Origin: an uncultured Gemmatimonadaceae bacterium
Lineage (GTDB): Bacteria > Gemmatimonadota > Gemmatimonadetes > Gemmatimonadales > Gemmatimonadaceae
Assembly (NCBI GenBank): GCA_963817955.1
Contig: CAWFQK010000004.1
Span: 992,001-1,056,000, forward strand
Direction of reading: 5' to 3'
Length of the DNA stretch: 64,000 bases
Below the pieces are notes generated by a model, which did no database searches, had not been told where the DNA came from, and saw nothing but the letters and a program-made list of their open reading frames with translations. Within the stretch, counting starts at the first letter, position 1, and every line of letters begins with the position of its first letter. Shown piece after piece: positions 48,311 to 59,073 of this stretch. Made by a program: the position numbers and the translations under genes.

Positions 48311-48333
48311 GAAAGCTGTTCTATCGGTCGCAG

Positions 48334-48424
48334 AGATCCTTCGCTTCGCTCAGGATGACAGGCCTTCGCCCAGGATGACAAGCATCGCGTGTCGCGTGTC
48401 GCGTGTCCCGTGTCCCGTCTCGCC
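48334..48424. repeat. REP-like motif x2 plus CGTGTC(C/G) heptamer tract
   Basis: AGATCCTTCGCTTCGCTCAGGATGACAGGCCTTCGCCCAGGATGAC...CGTGTCCCGTGTCCCG matches 41277-41347. Confidence 0.85.
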
Positions 48425-48477
48425 GAACCTTCGCGAAGGTCATTAGAGCCCAGAGCCCGACAGCTGCAGCGTGGTTC

Positions 48478-49509
48478 TCATCCGTCCGCCCTGAATGTGC
48501 GGAATAGATAGCGCAACGAGGGTATGAGAATCAGTGCACCGGCACCAAGCCCCAGGAGCAGGAGCTCGAGCGTCACGTCGGGCGCCGAGGCTTGTCGAAT
48601 GGTCAGGGTCACCGGAATGATGAATGGGTATTGCGCGAACGCCCAGCCCCAGAGGATGAAGCTCACCTGCGCCGCGGCGGCGATGCGCGCCACTCGGAAC
48701 GCGCGGCGCCAGAGCGCGGTGATTGCCACGACCGCCGCAGCGCCCGTACATAGTTGCAGCGGCATCGACCAGCCATCGTCAATCAAGCCGTTCATCATTC
48801 GCGGCGCGCCCTTCCGAGAGAGCACGAGCACGGCAAGCGCGGCGACGAAAACGACGACCGCCATGATCAGCGCGCGAACCCGGAAATCTTCGCGCAACGC
48901 CGCGTCGGTCGTCTCAACGGTGAGATACACCGCGGCGAGAAAGGCGAACAACGCGAGGGCGAATACGCCGACCGCCAGGGCGAAAGGTGTTGTCCACGGT
49001 TGCACAAATACCGCGGGAAAGCTCGCCGCTCCCACACGTCCCCACGCCACCGCCACGTCGCCGCTCGCCACGGCGCCAATCACCGCGCCAAGAACTAGCG
49101 GCGTGACCGTGCTGGCAATGGCGAAAGCCAATCCCCACCGCTCCCGCTGTGCGCGTACTCGACTGCCATAGCTGCGGAAGACGAACGCCGACCCACGCAG
49201 CACGATGCCGACCAGCATGATCGACAGCGGAATGTGAAGCACCGTGCCGAGCATGCCAAAGGCGGGCGGAAATGCCGTGAACAACAGCACCACCACCACG
49301 ATCAGCCAGACGTGGTTGGCCTCCCAGATCGGCGCGATCGAATTCGCTATGAGCTCGCGCTGGGCGTTGTGGCGCCGTCCGCTGGCGAACAGATCCCACA
49401 CACCGCCACCGTAATCCGCCCCGCCCATGAGCACGTACGCATTCAGCGCCAAGACCATGATACCGGCAACGATCTCCGGTAAGCCGATGGACGCGAGAAC
49501 TCCACTCAT
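48478..49509 (-). CDS. cydB: Cytochrome bd ubiquinol oxidase subunit II
   Basis: GGADYGGG, PIWEANHVW, LRGSAF; ATGA overlap with cydA. Confidence 0.93.
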   Translation of the reverse strand: MSGVLASIGLPEIVAGIMVLALNAYVLMGGADYGGGVWDLFASGRRHNAQRELIANSIAPIWEANHVWLIVVVVLLFTAFPPAFGMLGTVLHIPLSIMLVGIVLRGSAFVFRSYGSRVRAQRERWGLAFAIASTVTPLVLGAVIGAVASGDVAVAWGRVGAASFPAVFVQPWTTPFALAVGVFALALFAFLAAVYLTVETTDAALREDFRVRALIMAVVVFVAALAVLVLSRKGAPRMMNGLIDDGWSMPLQLCTGAAAVVAITALWRRAFRVARIAAAAQVSFILWGWAFAQYPFIIPVTLTIRQASAPDVTLELLLLGLGAGALILIPSLRYLFRTFRADG

Positions 49510-50798
49510 GTGGTTTCCCGCACGAGTGATGTCGTCACTGCAACGACGACCGCGCCGAGACCGCAATACAGGAGCGTGAAGGCGATCATCGGCACGATCA
49601 AGCCGGGCATCGGCGTCACGGCGTCCGCCGTGCGCACCATTCCCTGCACCACCCACGGCTGCCGCCCGACTTCCGTGACCGTCCAACCGGCCTCGGTGGC
49701 AATGAACCCGAAGGGTGCGACGAACACCAGTGCACGCAGCAGCCGGTGCTTCGTGACGATGTCGCGCCGCCGCAGCAGAACGAACGCCACCCATAGGCTT
49801 ACGAGCGCCATCGCGGTGCCGAGCGCCACCATGATCTGAAAGCCCACGTGGACGGGCGCGACCGGCGGCCACACGTCGCGCGGAAATGCCGTCAGTCCCT
49901 TGACCTCGGCGTGCGGGTCATGAAATGCGAGGAGCGACAGACCATCGGGCACTTCGATGGCGTACCGCGTCCGAGCCGATGCCACGTCAGGCCAGCCGCC
50001 AAGTCGCAGTGGAGCGCCCCGCTCCGTATCGAATTGCCCCTCGAGTGCCGCGAGTTTGGCCGGCTGCCACTGCGCCACGCTACGCGCGCTGATGTCGCCC
50101 GACAGCGGCTGCAGAATGGCCGCCGGCGCACCGACCGCGAGCGCGAGTGTCAGTGCCGCCCGATGAAATTTCGATTCCGGTTTGCGGAGGAGTATCAACG
50201 CATGGATACCAGCCACCGCGAGCCCCGTCGCCGCGTAGGATGCCACCAACATATGGAGCGCCTGCTGGAACGAAGACGGATTGAGCATGCCGGCGATGGG
50301 ATCAATCCCAACGATGCGGCCGCCGGACATACGGACGCCCGTCGGTGTGTTCATCCAAGCGTTGACCATCACGACGAAGACCGCCGAAGCCGCGCCGCTC
50401 ACCGCAACGATGAGTCCGGCGGTGAGATGTGCGCGCGCCGAGATGCGTTCCCATCCGTAGAGATACACGCCGAGGAAAATGGCTTCGGTGAAGAAGGCAA
50501 ATCCCTCGAGCGAAAAGGGCAGACCAATGACGGGTCCTGCAAACACCATGAACCGCGGCCACAGCAGACCGAGCTCGAACGAGAGCACAGTGCCTGAGAC
50601 GGCGCCCACGGCGAACAACACGGCGGTCCCCTTCGCCCATCGCCTGGCGAGCTGCACGTAAGCGTCGTCGCCGGTGCGCCGCCAACGCCACTCGGCAAGC
50701 ACCATGAGCAACGGCATCGCGATTCCAATCTCGGCAAACACGATGTGGAAACCGAGCGACACCGCCATCTGCGCGCGAGCGGCGAAGAGGTCGCTCAT
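49506..50798 (-). CDS. cydA: Cytochrome bd ubiquinol oxidase subunit I (short Q-loop)
   Basis: FHIVF, EGFAFFTE, QPAKLAALEG, AGWTVTEVGRQPW. Confidence 0.96.
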   Translation of the reverse strand: MSDLFAARAQMAVSLGFHIVFAEIGIAMPLLMVLAEWRWRRTGDDAYVQLARRWAKGTAVLFAVGAVSGTVLSFELGLLWPRFMVFAGPVIGLPFSLEGFAFFTEAIFLGVYLYGWERISARAHLTAGLIVAVSGAASAVFVVMVNAWMNTPTGVRMSGGRIVGIDPIAGMLNPSSFQQALHMLVASYAATGLAVAGIHALILLRKPESKFHRAALTLALAVGAPAAILQPLSGDISARSVAQWQPAKLAALEGQFDTERGAPLRLGGWPDVASARTRYAIEVPDGLSLLAFHDPHAEVKGLTAFPRDVWPPVAPVHVGFQIMVALGTAMALVSLWVAFVLLRRRDIVTKHRLLRALVFVAPFGFIATEAGWTVTEVGRQPWVVQGMVRTADAVTPMPGLIVPMIAFTLLYCGLGAVVVAVTTSLVRETT

Positions 50799-51062
50799 CT
50801 ACAGTACGATGTCCCCGCCTGAGTCGCGCTTTCTGCTCGCCTCACTGCCTTGCTTCACCTGCTCCGCCGACGCGGCGAGCGCTCGATTCGTTTCAGCGCG
50901 GTCGACCTCGATCGAGACGCGCAGCACGTCACCCTCCTTGGCGCCGTCCGGCAACAGCCTGTGCGGAAGCCTGATCAGGGTACCGTCATCGACCTCGATC
51001 GAAGCGACCTGCTCCTCGATCGAGTCGATAGCCCAGCGTTGCTGCGTTGCCCCAATCGTCAC
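50799..51062 (-). CDS. DUF3006-like protein
   Basis: IDSIEEQVASIE...LP..LLPDGAKEGDVL; directly downstream of an MBL/ComEC-like gene. Confidence 0.7.
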   Translation of the reverse strand: MTIGATQQRWAIDSIEEQVASIEVDDGTLIRLPHRLLPDGAKEGDVLRVSIEVDRAETNRALAASAEQVKQGSEASRKRDSGGDIVL

Positions 51063-52030
51063 GGAATGGGATTGCAGATGGTTTGCGTCGACGTCGCGTC
51101 TGATGGCCCGGACATGTTCGTCGACCCTTTTTGCACCGATGCCGTGTAGCCGCTACGCATCGTACCAGGGCTCTTGAAGACGATAGTGCCGTTCTGGTCG
51201 GTGCGATACCACGGTTTCCCCTGCGCGCGGTACAGACTTTTCGCCTGATTGTGCATATGGCCGTACGGATTGCTCGCCGCAACAGATGCGGTGACGTACG
51301 ACGGATTCACCGCGCGAACGTAGGCGTTGGTGACGCCGTTGCAACTGCCGTGATGATCGGCCTTGAGCACGGTGGCATGCATGCCCGGATTCGTCGCATA
51401 GCCGGCGGGACCGAGGAACCACCCAATCTCTTCCTGCTCCGCGTCTCCCGCGATCCACATCGAGAACGACGCCGAGTCCGGCCCGATCAACTTCACCACC
51501 GCGGACCGGTTGTTCGGAGAAGATCCGGCAGGATCGGGCCGCAGGATGTGCACTTTCGCGCCACCCTTCAACGTGATCGTGCAAATGGGCTGGCCGGTGG
51601 CGCACGGATCGTCGGTGTCGCGGTAGATCGTCTCGCCACGAACAACGCGGGCGTTGACGGAGTCGCGCAGGTGGCGCAGGTTGGCCGCGGTTGACGGGTC
51701 CTGATTCTCAAAGAAGTAGCGGACCTTCACGTGCCGCGCGGACTCGAACAGCGTCCGCAGACCGACGAGGTGATCGGCGTGCTGATGCGTGAGAATGACG
51801 ACGTCGAAGGTCGAGTCGTTCAACCGCAGCGAATCGAGCAGCGCACCCATCCGGCGCTCGTCCGGGCCGCCGTCGATCAGCACTCTGCTGCCGCCATTCT
51901 CGATCAGTGTCGCGTCGCCCTGTCCGACGTCGAGCACGCGCACCACCAGCGGCGATGGGGCGCGTGATTGCGCGGCGGCACTCGAGGCCATACAGAGGGC
52001 CGCCGCAACGACGATGCGCAATGCCCTCAC
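51059..52030 (-). CDS. Secreted MBL-fold metallo-hydrolase (ComEC/Rec2 C-terminal type)
   Basis: [38 protein letters not shown]. Confidence 0.88.
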   Translation of the reverse strand: MRALRIVVAAALCMASSAAAQSRAPSPLVVRVLDVGQGDATLIENGGSRVLIDGGPDERRMGALLDSLRLNDSTFDVVILTHQHADHLVGLRTLFESARHVKVRYFFENQDPSTAANLRHLRDSVNARVVRGETIYRDTDDPCATGQPICTITLKGGAKVHILRPDPAGSSPNNRSAVVKLIGPDSASFSMWIAGDAEQEEIGWFLGPAGYATNPGMHATVLKADHHGSCNGVTNAYVRAVNPSYVTASVAASNPYGHMHNQAKSLYRAQGKPWYRTDQNGTIVFKSPGTMRSGYTASVQKGSTNMSGPSDATSTQTICNPIP

Positions 52031-53709
52031 CGCGCCGTCATTATCGAATCACGCTTCGCCTTGAACTCTGTGCCCGGCTTCCACTGCGGCAGCGCATCAG
52101 CCTGCGCCACGAGGAAGCCCACCTTGAACAGCACGCGCGTGTCGTCCACCGCGCCGGAGAAATCCCAGTCGGGCTTGATCTCATCGGACGGCTGGTGATA
52201 GTCCTTCGCGGTATATTCATCGCGTTTCTTCATGCCCCAGTCCTTCGGCTTGCCGATGTAGTCGACGCCTGCGTCGATGTCGAGGGCAGGCACGCCCTGC
52301 TTGGCGAACTCGAAGTGGTCGGAGCGGTAATAGAAACCCTTTTCCGGTTCGGCGTCGGGCCGCACGGTGCGATTGTCCGTCTTGAGCACGTCGGTGAGCA
52401 CATCATCGAGCGTCGAGTTCCCGAGGCCGATCACGGTATAGTCACTCGTCCGTCCCCACTGGTTGACGCCATCCATGTTGATGTCGGCGGCTGTCTTGGC
52501 CAGCGGATAGAGTGGATGCGTCGCGTAGTATTTTGCGCCGACGAGCCCCTTCTCTTCCGCTGTGACGGTGAGAAAGAGAATCGAGCGCCGCGGTGGTGTC
52601 GCCAGCTTGGTGTACGCCTTGGCAATGTCGAGGAGCGCCGAGACGCCAGACGCATTATCGAGTGCGCCGTTGTAGATCGAGTCGCCGTTCACCTTGGGCC
52701 CAATGCCGAGGTGATCCCAGTGCGCGGTGTACACGACGTATTCGTCCTTCTTGTCCGTGCCTTCGAGCTTGGCAACTACGTTATGCGATTGGACTTTTCG
52801 TGAATCAATCTTCACGTCAAAGCTCGCTTTCGCCGGAACGACAACCGGCTTGAAGTCCTTGCGCGCCGCCGCAGCCTTGAGGGAATCGAAATTGAGACCC
52901 GCGGCGGTGAGCAGCTCCTTCGTCTTGTCGAGCGTGAGCCAGCCTTCGACAGGCACTCGCTGCTCGGCGTCGGGCGAGATCACGTCGAACTGCTCCTGGG
53001 AATTGCTGCCGCTCACGACGGAATACGGATATCCAGCCGGTCCGGTCTCATGCACGATGATCGCCGCTGCCGCGCCCTTCTGCGTGGCGATCTCGTACTT
53101 GTAGGTCCAGCGACCGTAATACGTCATCGCCTTGCCCTTGAACATCGCCGTGTCAAGCGCCGTGTCGCCGGCCACGCGGACCGGAGGATCGTTGACGAGC
53201 ATGAGAATCGTCTTACCCTTCACATCCACGCCCTTGTAGTCATCCCAGCCATACTCCGGCGCCACGACACCGTAGCCGACGAAGACGACATCGGAGTTGT
53301 CGATCTTGGTTTCCGGCCGCTGGTGACGCGAGTTGGCGATGAAGTCGTCGGGGTACTTGAGCGCAATCGTCTTACCGCGCGCCGAGAAGGATGCCGTGGG
53401 ATGCGCCTTGTATCCGACGAGATCGGCGTTTTGCAGGTACGTGCCATCGGGATTGCCCGGCTTGAGGCCGAGCGCCTTGAACTGCGCCTGCAGATAAGCG
53501 ACGGTCTTCGCTTCGCCGGGGGTGCCGGGTGCGCGACCTTCCATGGAGTCGGCGGAAAGATCCTTGATGTGCTGCAGCATATCGTCGGCGCTGATCGCCT
53601 GAGCCGCGCTGTCAGGCGCCGCGCTACTCGCCGACGACGTACCCTTGGTGGCACACCCGGCGGAGAGAACCGCTGCCGCGGCGGCGATGAGTGAACTATG
53701 AATTCGCAT
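52027..53709 (-). CDS. M28 family peptidase lipoprotein with PA domain
   Basis: Lipobox [45 protein letters not shown]. Confidence 0.93.
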   Translation of the reverse strand: MRIHSSLIAAAAAVLSAGCATKGTSSASSAAPDSAAQAISADDMLQHIKDLSADSMEGRAPGTPGEAKTVAYLQAQFKALGLKPGNPDGTYLQNADLVGYKAHPTASFSARGKTIALKYPDDFIANSRHQRPETKIDNSDVVFVGYGVVAPEYGWDDYKGVDVKGKTILMLVNDPPVRVAGDTALDTAMFKGKAMTYYGRWTYKYEIATQKGAAAAIIVHETGPAGYPYSVVSGSNSQEQFDVISPDAEQRVPVEGWLTLDKTKELLTAAGLNFDSLKAAAARKDFKPVVVPAKASFDVKIDSRKVQSHNVVAKLEGTDKKDEYVVYTAHWDHLGIGPKVNGDSIYNGALDNASGVSALLDIAKAYTKLATPPRRSILFLTVTAEEKGLVGAKYYATHPLYPLAKTAADINMDGVNQWGRTSDYTVIGLGNSTLDDVLTDVLKTDNRTVRPDAEPEKGFYYRSDHFEFAKQGVPALDIDAGVDYIGKPKDWGMKKRDEYTAKDYHQPSDEIKPDWDFSGAVDDTRVLFKVGFLVAQADALPQWKPGTEFKAKRDSIMTAR

Positions 53710-53736
53710 GGAGCCTCGTGGAAGGGAGGAAGTGAC

Positions 53737-54483
53737 TCATGGCTCGCGAACCTGCTGCCATGATCCGTACATGGGGTTGGGCAGAACGAAGAACCGGCGG
53801 CCAAAGTCGTCGAGGGCGCGCGGATTGTTTCGCGCCGCCTGCGTCAGCCCCGGGAAATCGAGGATGTTGTCACCGAACCAGGCGACCACGGTGAGGGCGG
53901 GAACGCCTGGGACGGCGGTGCCGCTCTGGATGCGCTGAAAACGGGGATTCTTGTCACTTTCGCCCGGCGGCTGGCAGAGCACGACGTCGGCTTCGATCCC
54001 CGCGGTTCGCAAGTTGGCCTTCGTCGCGTCGCACAGATTCAACGCGCGATTGGTGACAATCGCGACGCGCCCGCCGAGCGCGTGCACCCGTTTCGTCAGA
54101 TCAGGCGCACCAGGAATGGGCGGTGCCGCGCGTTCGTTCACCCACATCATCCAGCTCGAATCGGTGTAGCCGCTGTCGGCCACGAAGCGGCGGCGCTCGT
54201 ACTCGGAGTTGTCGAGCACCGTCTCGTCGGCATCGAGGATCACGGCCCACGACTGCGGCGCGAGCCCGCGCGCCAACTCCGGCATGCGATCGCTCGCGAC
54301 CTGGTACGCCTGACGGGCGAGCGCACGATACTCGGCGGAGTTGCGGAACCAGCGAAGCTCATTGGGGAGCGGGCGGGCGGCGGCAGGCCCGCGTGTGGTC
54401 GCCGTTGCCGGCGCGGTAGCGACGATCGGAGCGCGTGAGCAGGCGGCGGTCAGCAGGACAATCGAGAGCGTGCGAAAGCGCAT
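53737..54483 (-). CDS. Class C acid phosphatase / 5'-nucleotidase lipoprotein (e(P4) family, HAD)
   Basis: Lipobox TAAC; LDADETVLDNS, GDNILDF, LPNPMYGSW. Confidence 0.92.
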   Translation of the reverse strand: MRFRTLSIVLLTAACSRAPIVATAPATATTRGPAAARPLPNELRWFRNSAEYRALARQAYQVASDRMPELARGLAPQSWAVILDADETVLDNSEYERRRFVADSGYTDSSWMMWVNERAAPPIPGAPDLTKRVHALGGRVAIVTNRALNLCDATKANLRTAGIEADVVLCQPPGESDKNPRFQRIQSGTAVPGVPALTVVAWFGDNILDFPGLTQAARNNPRALDDFGRRFFVLPNPMYGSWQQVREP

Positions 54484-54539
54484 GTCAGCGTGGTGTCGGG
54501 GTGATTCAAGTTACCTCGGTGGGGCTCGCGATAACGCTT

Positions 54540-55079
54540 TCAGCCCGGCCGTCGCGCAAGTGCCGCCGTCCAATACTTGCCAAGCTGCCCCCTCCCCGAG
54601 AACCGCGCCGCGTTCCCGTGGTCATGCCACATCGCGTCACTCACGACTTCGCCGATGAACGCGTCCAGCCCCCTCACTGGGCCGAAATGATCGAACACGT
54701 ACCCAAAGTCCTGCCGATACCAGGCGAGCATGCGCCGCAGTTCGTCGTCCGTGCGACCGGCGACGATCGCCCGTTCGAGTTCCGACATCGCTTGGCGCAC
54801 CGCGCTCTCCGGCAACTCGGCCATGCCGCTCAGCGTCGGCAGCGCCTTGAACGCGTACCAGGCAAGGAATACCACGCGCTTCAAAGCCTCGAGGGCGGTG
54901 GCCGCGTCGCCGCTCGGCTTCGAGATGAGCTCCAGATACGTATCGAAGATGGCCGGATACTCGGCATACATGCCGGACCGTGTGATCTGACCGTCCTGGT
55001 CGGCCACCGACCCAGTGGCGCCTCCGATGCTCGCCAACACCGCCGCTTCCCAATTCGCGAGCGCTGCCAGACTCAGCAC
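54540..55079 (-). CDS. Hypothetical protein
   Basis: 179-aa ORF in a co-directional gene run; ALEALKR..FL.WY, RGQLGKYW. Confidence 0.65.
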   Translation of the reverse strand: MLSLAALANWEAAVLASIGGATGSVADQDGQITRSGMYAEYPAIFDTYLELISKPSGDAATALEALKRVVFLAWYAFKALPTLSGMAELPESAVRQAMSELERAIVAGRTDDELRRMLAWYRQDFGYVFDHFGPVRGLDAFIGEVVSDAMWHDHGNAARFSGRGQLGKYWTAALARRPG

Positions 55080-55170
55080 GACGTACGCACCTTGGACTGG
55101 ACAGCGCTCAAACTAGCCACGTGCGCGCACGGACGGCGATGGCGGCAGCTTTCCCGATGGCCACAGCGCC

Positions 55171-57312
55171 CTACTTCGCGTCCCCCGGGTGGTACGTCCG
55201 CTCCGTGTGCCCCTTGAGCTGCGACCGATAGAAGTACACCGACCGGAAGTTCCCTGATGCGTAGCGCTCCGCCTCATCGTTGAAGTGTGGCGACGTGGGG
55301 TCTCCGCTCTCGCCGCCCGCCGTCACGGCGCGTGCGCGAATGCTGTCGCCGAACTCGACGACCGCCACGAAGCTGTTGCCACTCGTGCCATACCACTTCT
55401 TGGTACCCGGATAGGCGCGCGCACCGAACGACGCGAGCGAGCCCCATCGCGATGACACAAACGGCACGGGGATGCTCGGCCCTGCATCGTTGAATGGCTG
55501 CACGATGTCGCCCGTGAGGCGCTGGAAGCGATTGATGTCCCCCCATGGCGTCTTCCACGTCCCGAAGTCCGCCGTGAGCTTGTCGGACGCTGCGGCCAGA
55601 GCCTGGAGCTGTTGTTCCGCCGTCGCATTCGCGGCGCGCCGGCCGAGCTCCTCCCCGTAGAACACGGCGAGCGACGTCGGCACCGATGCGGCGCCCCAGC
55701 GAAAGTCCCATGCACGGAGCTGCGCGATCTGATCGGCGAGCTTCGTCTTGAGCGGACTGTCGGCCGGCGCGCGATCGTACGCGGCCACGAGCGACGGAAT
55801 CATTTCCGCGAACGCCGGGAGATAGCTATCGAAGGCCGCGGCCAACAGGCGGTCGACGGTAAAGTCCCTCTTGTTCTCTAATACGCGGATCGCGTGGATG
55901 CCGCGCGGCGATTCGCCGCCGTTCTCGACATAGGCTGGGTAGTCCGCCTTCTTCGGGCTGTACGCGCCGGCAGCCGTCCATGGCCAGTTGTTTACGTTGT
56001 ACAGCCAGCCGTTCGGGGGGTTGAAGAGCTTTGGCGTTTCATCCACCGAGAGCAGGCCGTGCCAGTCGGTTGCTGGATCGCTGCCGTCCACCGGCTTCGT
56101 CCAATCGAATTTCGTGTCGCGGCGCGGGATGAAGTTGCCGTGGAAATAGGCGATGTTCCCGGCGACGTCGGCGTAGATCGTGTTGTTCGACGAATTCGTG
56201 TGCAGATCCATGGTCTTCCGGAACTGCGTGTAATTCCGCGCCTTGGTGCGCGTGTACGACTGCGTCAGTGCCTTGAGCGGCTCCTGCATCAGGCGGATGG
56301 CCACCCACTTCCCGTTCGTCGCCCGGACGATCGGGCCGTGCTGCGTGCGGTAGACCGTGAAGTCCTTCGTCGCCATGCCGCCGTTCGTCTTGTATGGCAC
56401 GGAGATGTGCGTCGCGATCACCGGCAGCTCTTCCTTGCCGTACTTATAGGTATACGCGTCGCCCTTCTTCGTGATCGTCTCGAGGTACTCATCCACTGCG
56501 TCCACTCCGCTCGACGTGTGCATCCAGCCGATGCGGTCGTTGAATCCCTGGTAGACGAAGAACTGCCCCCACGTCACGGCGCCGTATGCGTTCAACCCTT
56601 CGTTGCTCGCCACCTGCACTTCGGCACGGAAGAAGAACGACGTGTGTGGATTGATCAGGAGCAGCGCGTGATGGTTGACCGTGTTCGACGGCGCGATGGC
56701 AATGCCGTTCGACCCGGTCGGTTCCTCATACACGCCGCGCTCGGGCGATGGCGTCGGCGCTTCCGTATGGTTGCCGTAGAACGCCTCGAGCTGGCGGAGA
56801 TTTACCTTCTCGATGTCGCCCCCAATGCTACCCTCGCTGAAGGTGAGCGCCATCCACGGTTCGAAATGCGCGATCACGCGGGGCTTCACCTGCGGATGCT
56901 TGTACAGATAGTAGTTCAGGCCGTCGGCATAGGCATTCATCAGCTTCTTCAGCCAGACCGGGCTCTTGGCGTACTGCACCTTCATGGAGTCTGGATTGAT
57001 GAACAGCTTCATGCGGAGATCGCGGTACACCTCACTTTCCCCCTCGGCCTCAGCGAGACGCCCGATCGAGTTGAGGTAGTTCGTTTCCACGCGATTGAAG
57101 TCGTCTTCGGCTTGGGCATATAACAGCCCGAAGACGGCATCGGCGTCCGTCTTTCCGGAGATGTGCGGAAGCCCCCAGTCGTCGCGAACGATCGTGACGT
57201 CGTGCGCCTGGCGTTCCCATCGGGCAATGTCGGCGCGGGATCCCTGCGCGGAAGCAGGTGCTGGGGCGACGGCCGCAAAGGCGATCGCAAAGGCGAGGAC
57301 GAACTTATGCAT
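55171..57312 (-). CDS. Penicillin acylase family Ntn-hydrolase (peptidase S45)
   Basis: Signal peptide; RDDWGLPHI, YAQAED, GSNG (nucleophile Ser), NPH, GESGDP.SPHF.D. Confidence 0.93.
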   Translation of the reverse strand: MHKFVLAFAIAFAAVAPAPASAQGSRADIARWERQAHDVTIVRDDWGLPHISGKTDADAVFGLLYAQAEDDFNRVETNYLNSIGRLAEAEGESEVYRDLRMKLFINPDSMKVQYAKSPVWLKKLMNAYADGLNYYLYKHPQVKPRVIAHFEPWMALTFSEGSIGGDIEKVNLRQLEAFYGNHTEAPTPSPERGVYEEPTGSNGIAIAPSNTVNHHALLLINPHTSFFFRAEVQVASNEGLNAYGAVTWGQFFVYQGFNDRIGWMHTSSGVDAVDEYLETITKKGDAYTYKYGKEELPVIATHISVPYKTNGGMATKDFTVYRTQHGPIVRATNGKWVAIRLMQEPLKALTQSYTRTKARNYTQFRKTMDLHTNSSNNTIYADVAGNIAYFHGNFIPRRDTKFDWTKPVDGSDPATDWHGLLSVDETPKLFNPPNGWLYNVNNWPWTAAGAYSPKKADYPAYVENGGESPRGIHAIRVLENKRDFTVDRLLAAAFDSYLPAFAEMIPSLVAAYDRAPADSPLKTKLADQIAQLRAWDFRWGAASVPTSLAVFYGEELGRRAANATAEQQLQALAAASDKLTADFGTWKTPWGDINRFQRLTGDIVQPFNDAGPSIPVPFVSSRWGSLASFGARAYPGTKKWYGTSGNSFVAVVEFGDSIRARAVTAGGESGDPTSPHFNDEAERYASGNFRSVYFYRSQLKGHTERTYHPGDAK

Positions 57313-57397
57313 GGGTACGTTGGCGAAAGGGATACTCAAATCTGGCGCCGGGACGCTCCGTATCAACACCCGGCCTCCCCACACGATGATTTCCAGG

Positions 57398-57760
57398 TCA
57401 GTACGATCCAAACCCGATGCGTGCCGACGCCACCGATTCGGCCGGCGTGATCACGACCTGCGCGATGCTCTCGAACGACACCATGGCGTACTGCGTCTCG
57501 TCGGGCTCGCTCTTGGTAGCTGCCTCGCCGGCCCAATGCGATTTGCTGCCGGCGCCTTCGACGCGGCGCCTGTAGACCTCCAGCTCCACGTAGCCGTCGG
57601 TCACGTTTCGGATGGCGCGCAGGCGGTGCGCCTGGCCGTTCAGCAAATGAAGCTCGACCGTCGCCGCGGCGCCGGCGGCAGACGCCTGGGCCGGGAGCGC
57701 GGTACGGAAAAATGTCACGTCGAACACGCAGTATGCCTCGGAGAGGTTGAGGTTGGGCAA
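57398..57760 (-). CDS. Hypothetical protein
   Basis: 120-aa ORF with TTG start and protein-like composition, ending RIGF. Confidence 0.55.
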   Translation of the reverse strand: MPNLNLSEAYCVFDVTFFRTALPAQASAAGAAATVELHLLNGQAHRLRAIRNVTDGYVELEVYRRRVEGAGSKSHWAGEAATKSEPDETQYAMVSFESIAQVVITPAESVASARIGFGSY

Positions 57761-57918
57761 CCGTCGGTGACGGGCCCCACCTAAATAGGCCCAAACAACA
57801 GAACTTCCGCAACAATGGAGCCTGACCGCGTTGTCATCCTCCTGTCAGGTTCTGCCGCGTATACTTTTCCCCCGTTGTCTATTCTGCCGCCCCTCCGCTC
57901 CCCTACTTCGAGGTTGGT

Positions 57919-58977
57919 ATGAGTCGCACGTCGCTCGGCATGTCCTTGGTTCTCGCGGGTGCGCTCGTGCTCCCCGGCGCGCTTGCCGCACAGAATTTCA
58001 AGGTGGAAAAGTTCAATATCGGTGGCGAGGGAGGCACGGACTACCTGACGTCCGACCCCGCCACCGGCCGCGTCTACGTCTCGCGCGGAACGCACGTCAT
58101 GATCGTCGACGGCGCCACGGGCAAGGTGATCGGAGACATTCCCGACACACCCCGCGTGCACGGGATTGCCTTCGCACCAAAGGCGGGGTACGGCTTCACG
58201 ACGAACGCCGGTGACTCCACGTCGACCATGTTCAACTCGAAGACCATGGCGGTCATCAAGAAGATCCATGCCGGCATCGACGGACTCGATGGCATCATGT
58301 ACGATGACGCCACCGACAAGATTCTGACGATCAATCACAGCCATCCCACGGGCACGGCGGTGGTGATCGACGCGAAGACCGGCGACGTGATCACCACGAT
58401 CACGCTGAGCGGCGGAGCACCAGAAGGCGGCGTGAGCGACGGCAAGGGCCGCATCTTCATCAACCTGGAAGACAAGAACGCGATCGACGTCATCGACACG
58501 AAGACGTGGAAGCGGGTTGCGACGTGGCCCATCGCGCCCTGCGACGGACCGACGGGCATCGCGATGGATCGCACGACGAAGCGCATCTTCTCGGGATGCA
58601 GCAAGACCTCGGTGGTCGTCGACGCGACGTCCGGCAAAGTGGTGGCACAGATCGCCAACGGCGATGGCGTCGACGCGCTCGGTTGGGATCAGGCACAGAA
58701 GCTCATGTACATCCCGGCCGGTGGCGCCGGAAACGTTACAGTGGTGCATGAGGACAGCCCGGACAAGTACACCGTCGTGGAAACGGTACCGACGTTCACC
58801 AGAGCGAAGACGGTTGCCGTTGACGATGTACGGCATGTCGCGTACGTGTTCACACCGGAGTACGGTCCTGCGCCGGCGCCGGCGCCAGGCGTGACGCCGC
58901 CGCCGGCTGGGCGCGGTGGCCGTGGTGGCCCGCCCCGCCCGATCGTGGCGGCGTGGTTCATCCGCATCAGTCGTTAA
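57919..58977 (+). CDS. YncE/YVTN-type secreted beta-propeller protein
   Basis: RBS GAGG; GGEGGTDYL..D..TGRVYVSRG, VHGIA, CDGPTGIA. Confidence 0.85.
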   Translation: MSRTSLGMSLVLAGALVLPGALAAQNFKVEKFNIGGEGGTDYLTSDPATGRVYVSRGTHVMIVDGATGKVIGDIPDTPRVHGIAFAPKAGYGFTTNAGDSTSTMFNSKTMAVIKKIHAGIDGLDGIMYDDATDKILTINHSHPTGTAVVIDAKTGDVITTITLSGGAPEGGVSDGKGRIFINLEDKNAIDVIDTKTWKRVATWPIAPCDGPTGIAMDRTTKRIFSGCSKTSVVVDATSGKVVAQIANGDGVDALGWDQAQKLMYIPAGGAGNVTVVHEDSPDKYTVVETVPTFTRAKTVAVDDVRHVAYVFTPEYGPAPAPAPGVTPPPAGRGGRGGPPRPIVAAWFIRISR

Positions 58978-59003
58978 GCGCCGGACGCTGGACGCGAGTT
59001 GGC

Positions 59004-59047
59004 AAAATAGAGTGGGCCCAGGCATTCGCCTGGGCCCACTCTATTTT
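59004..59047. terminator. Bidirectional intrinsic terminator
   Basis: Perfect 20-bp stem AAAATAGAGTGGGCCCAGGC-ATTC-GCCTGGGCCCACTCTATTTT between convergent genes. Confidence 0.92.
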
Positions 59048-59073
59048 TGACATCCAGCATCCAACGTCTCGTA

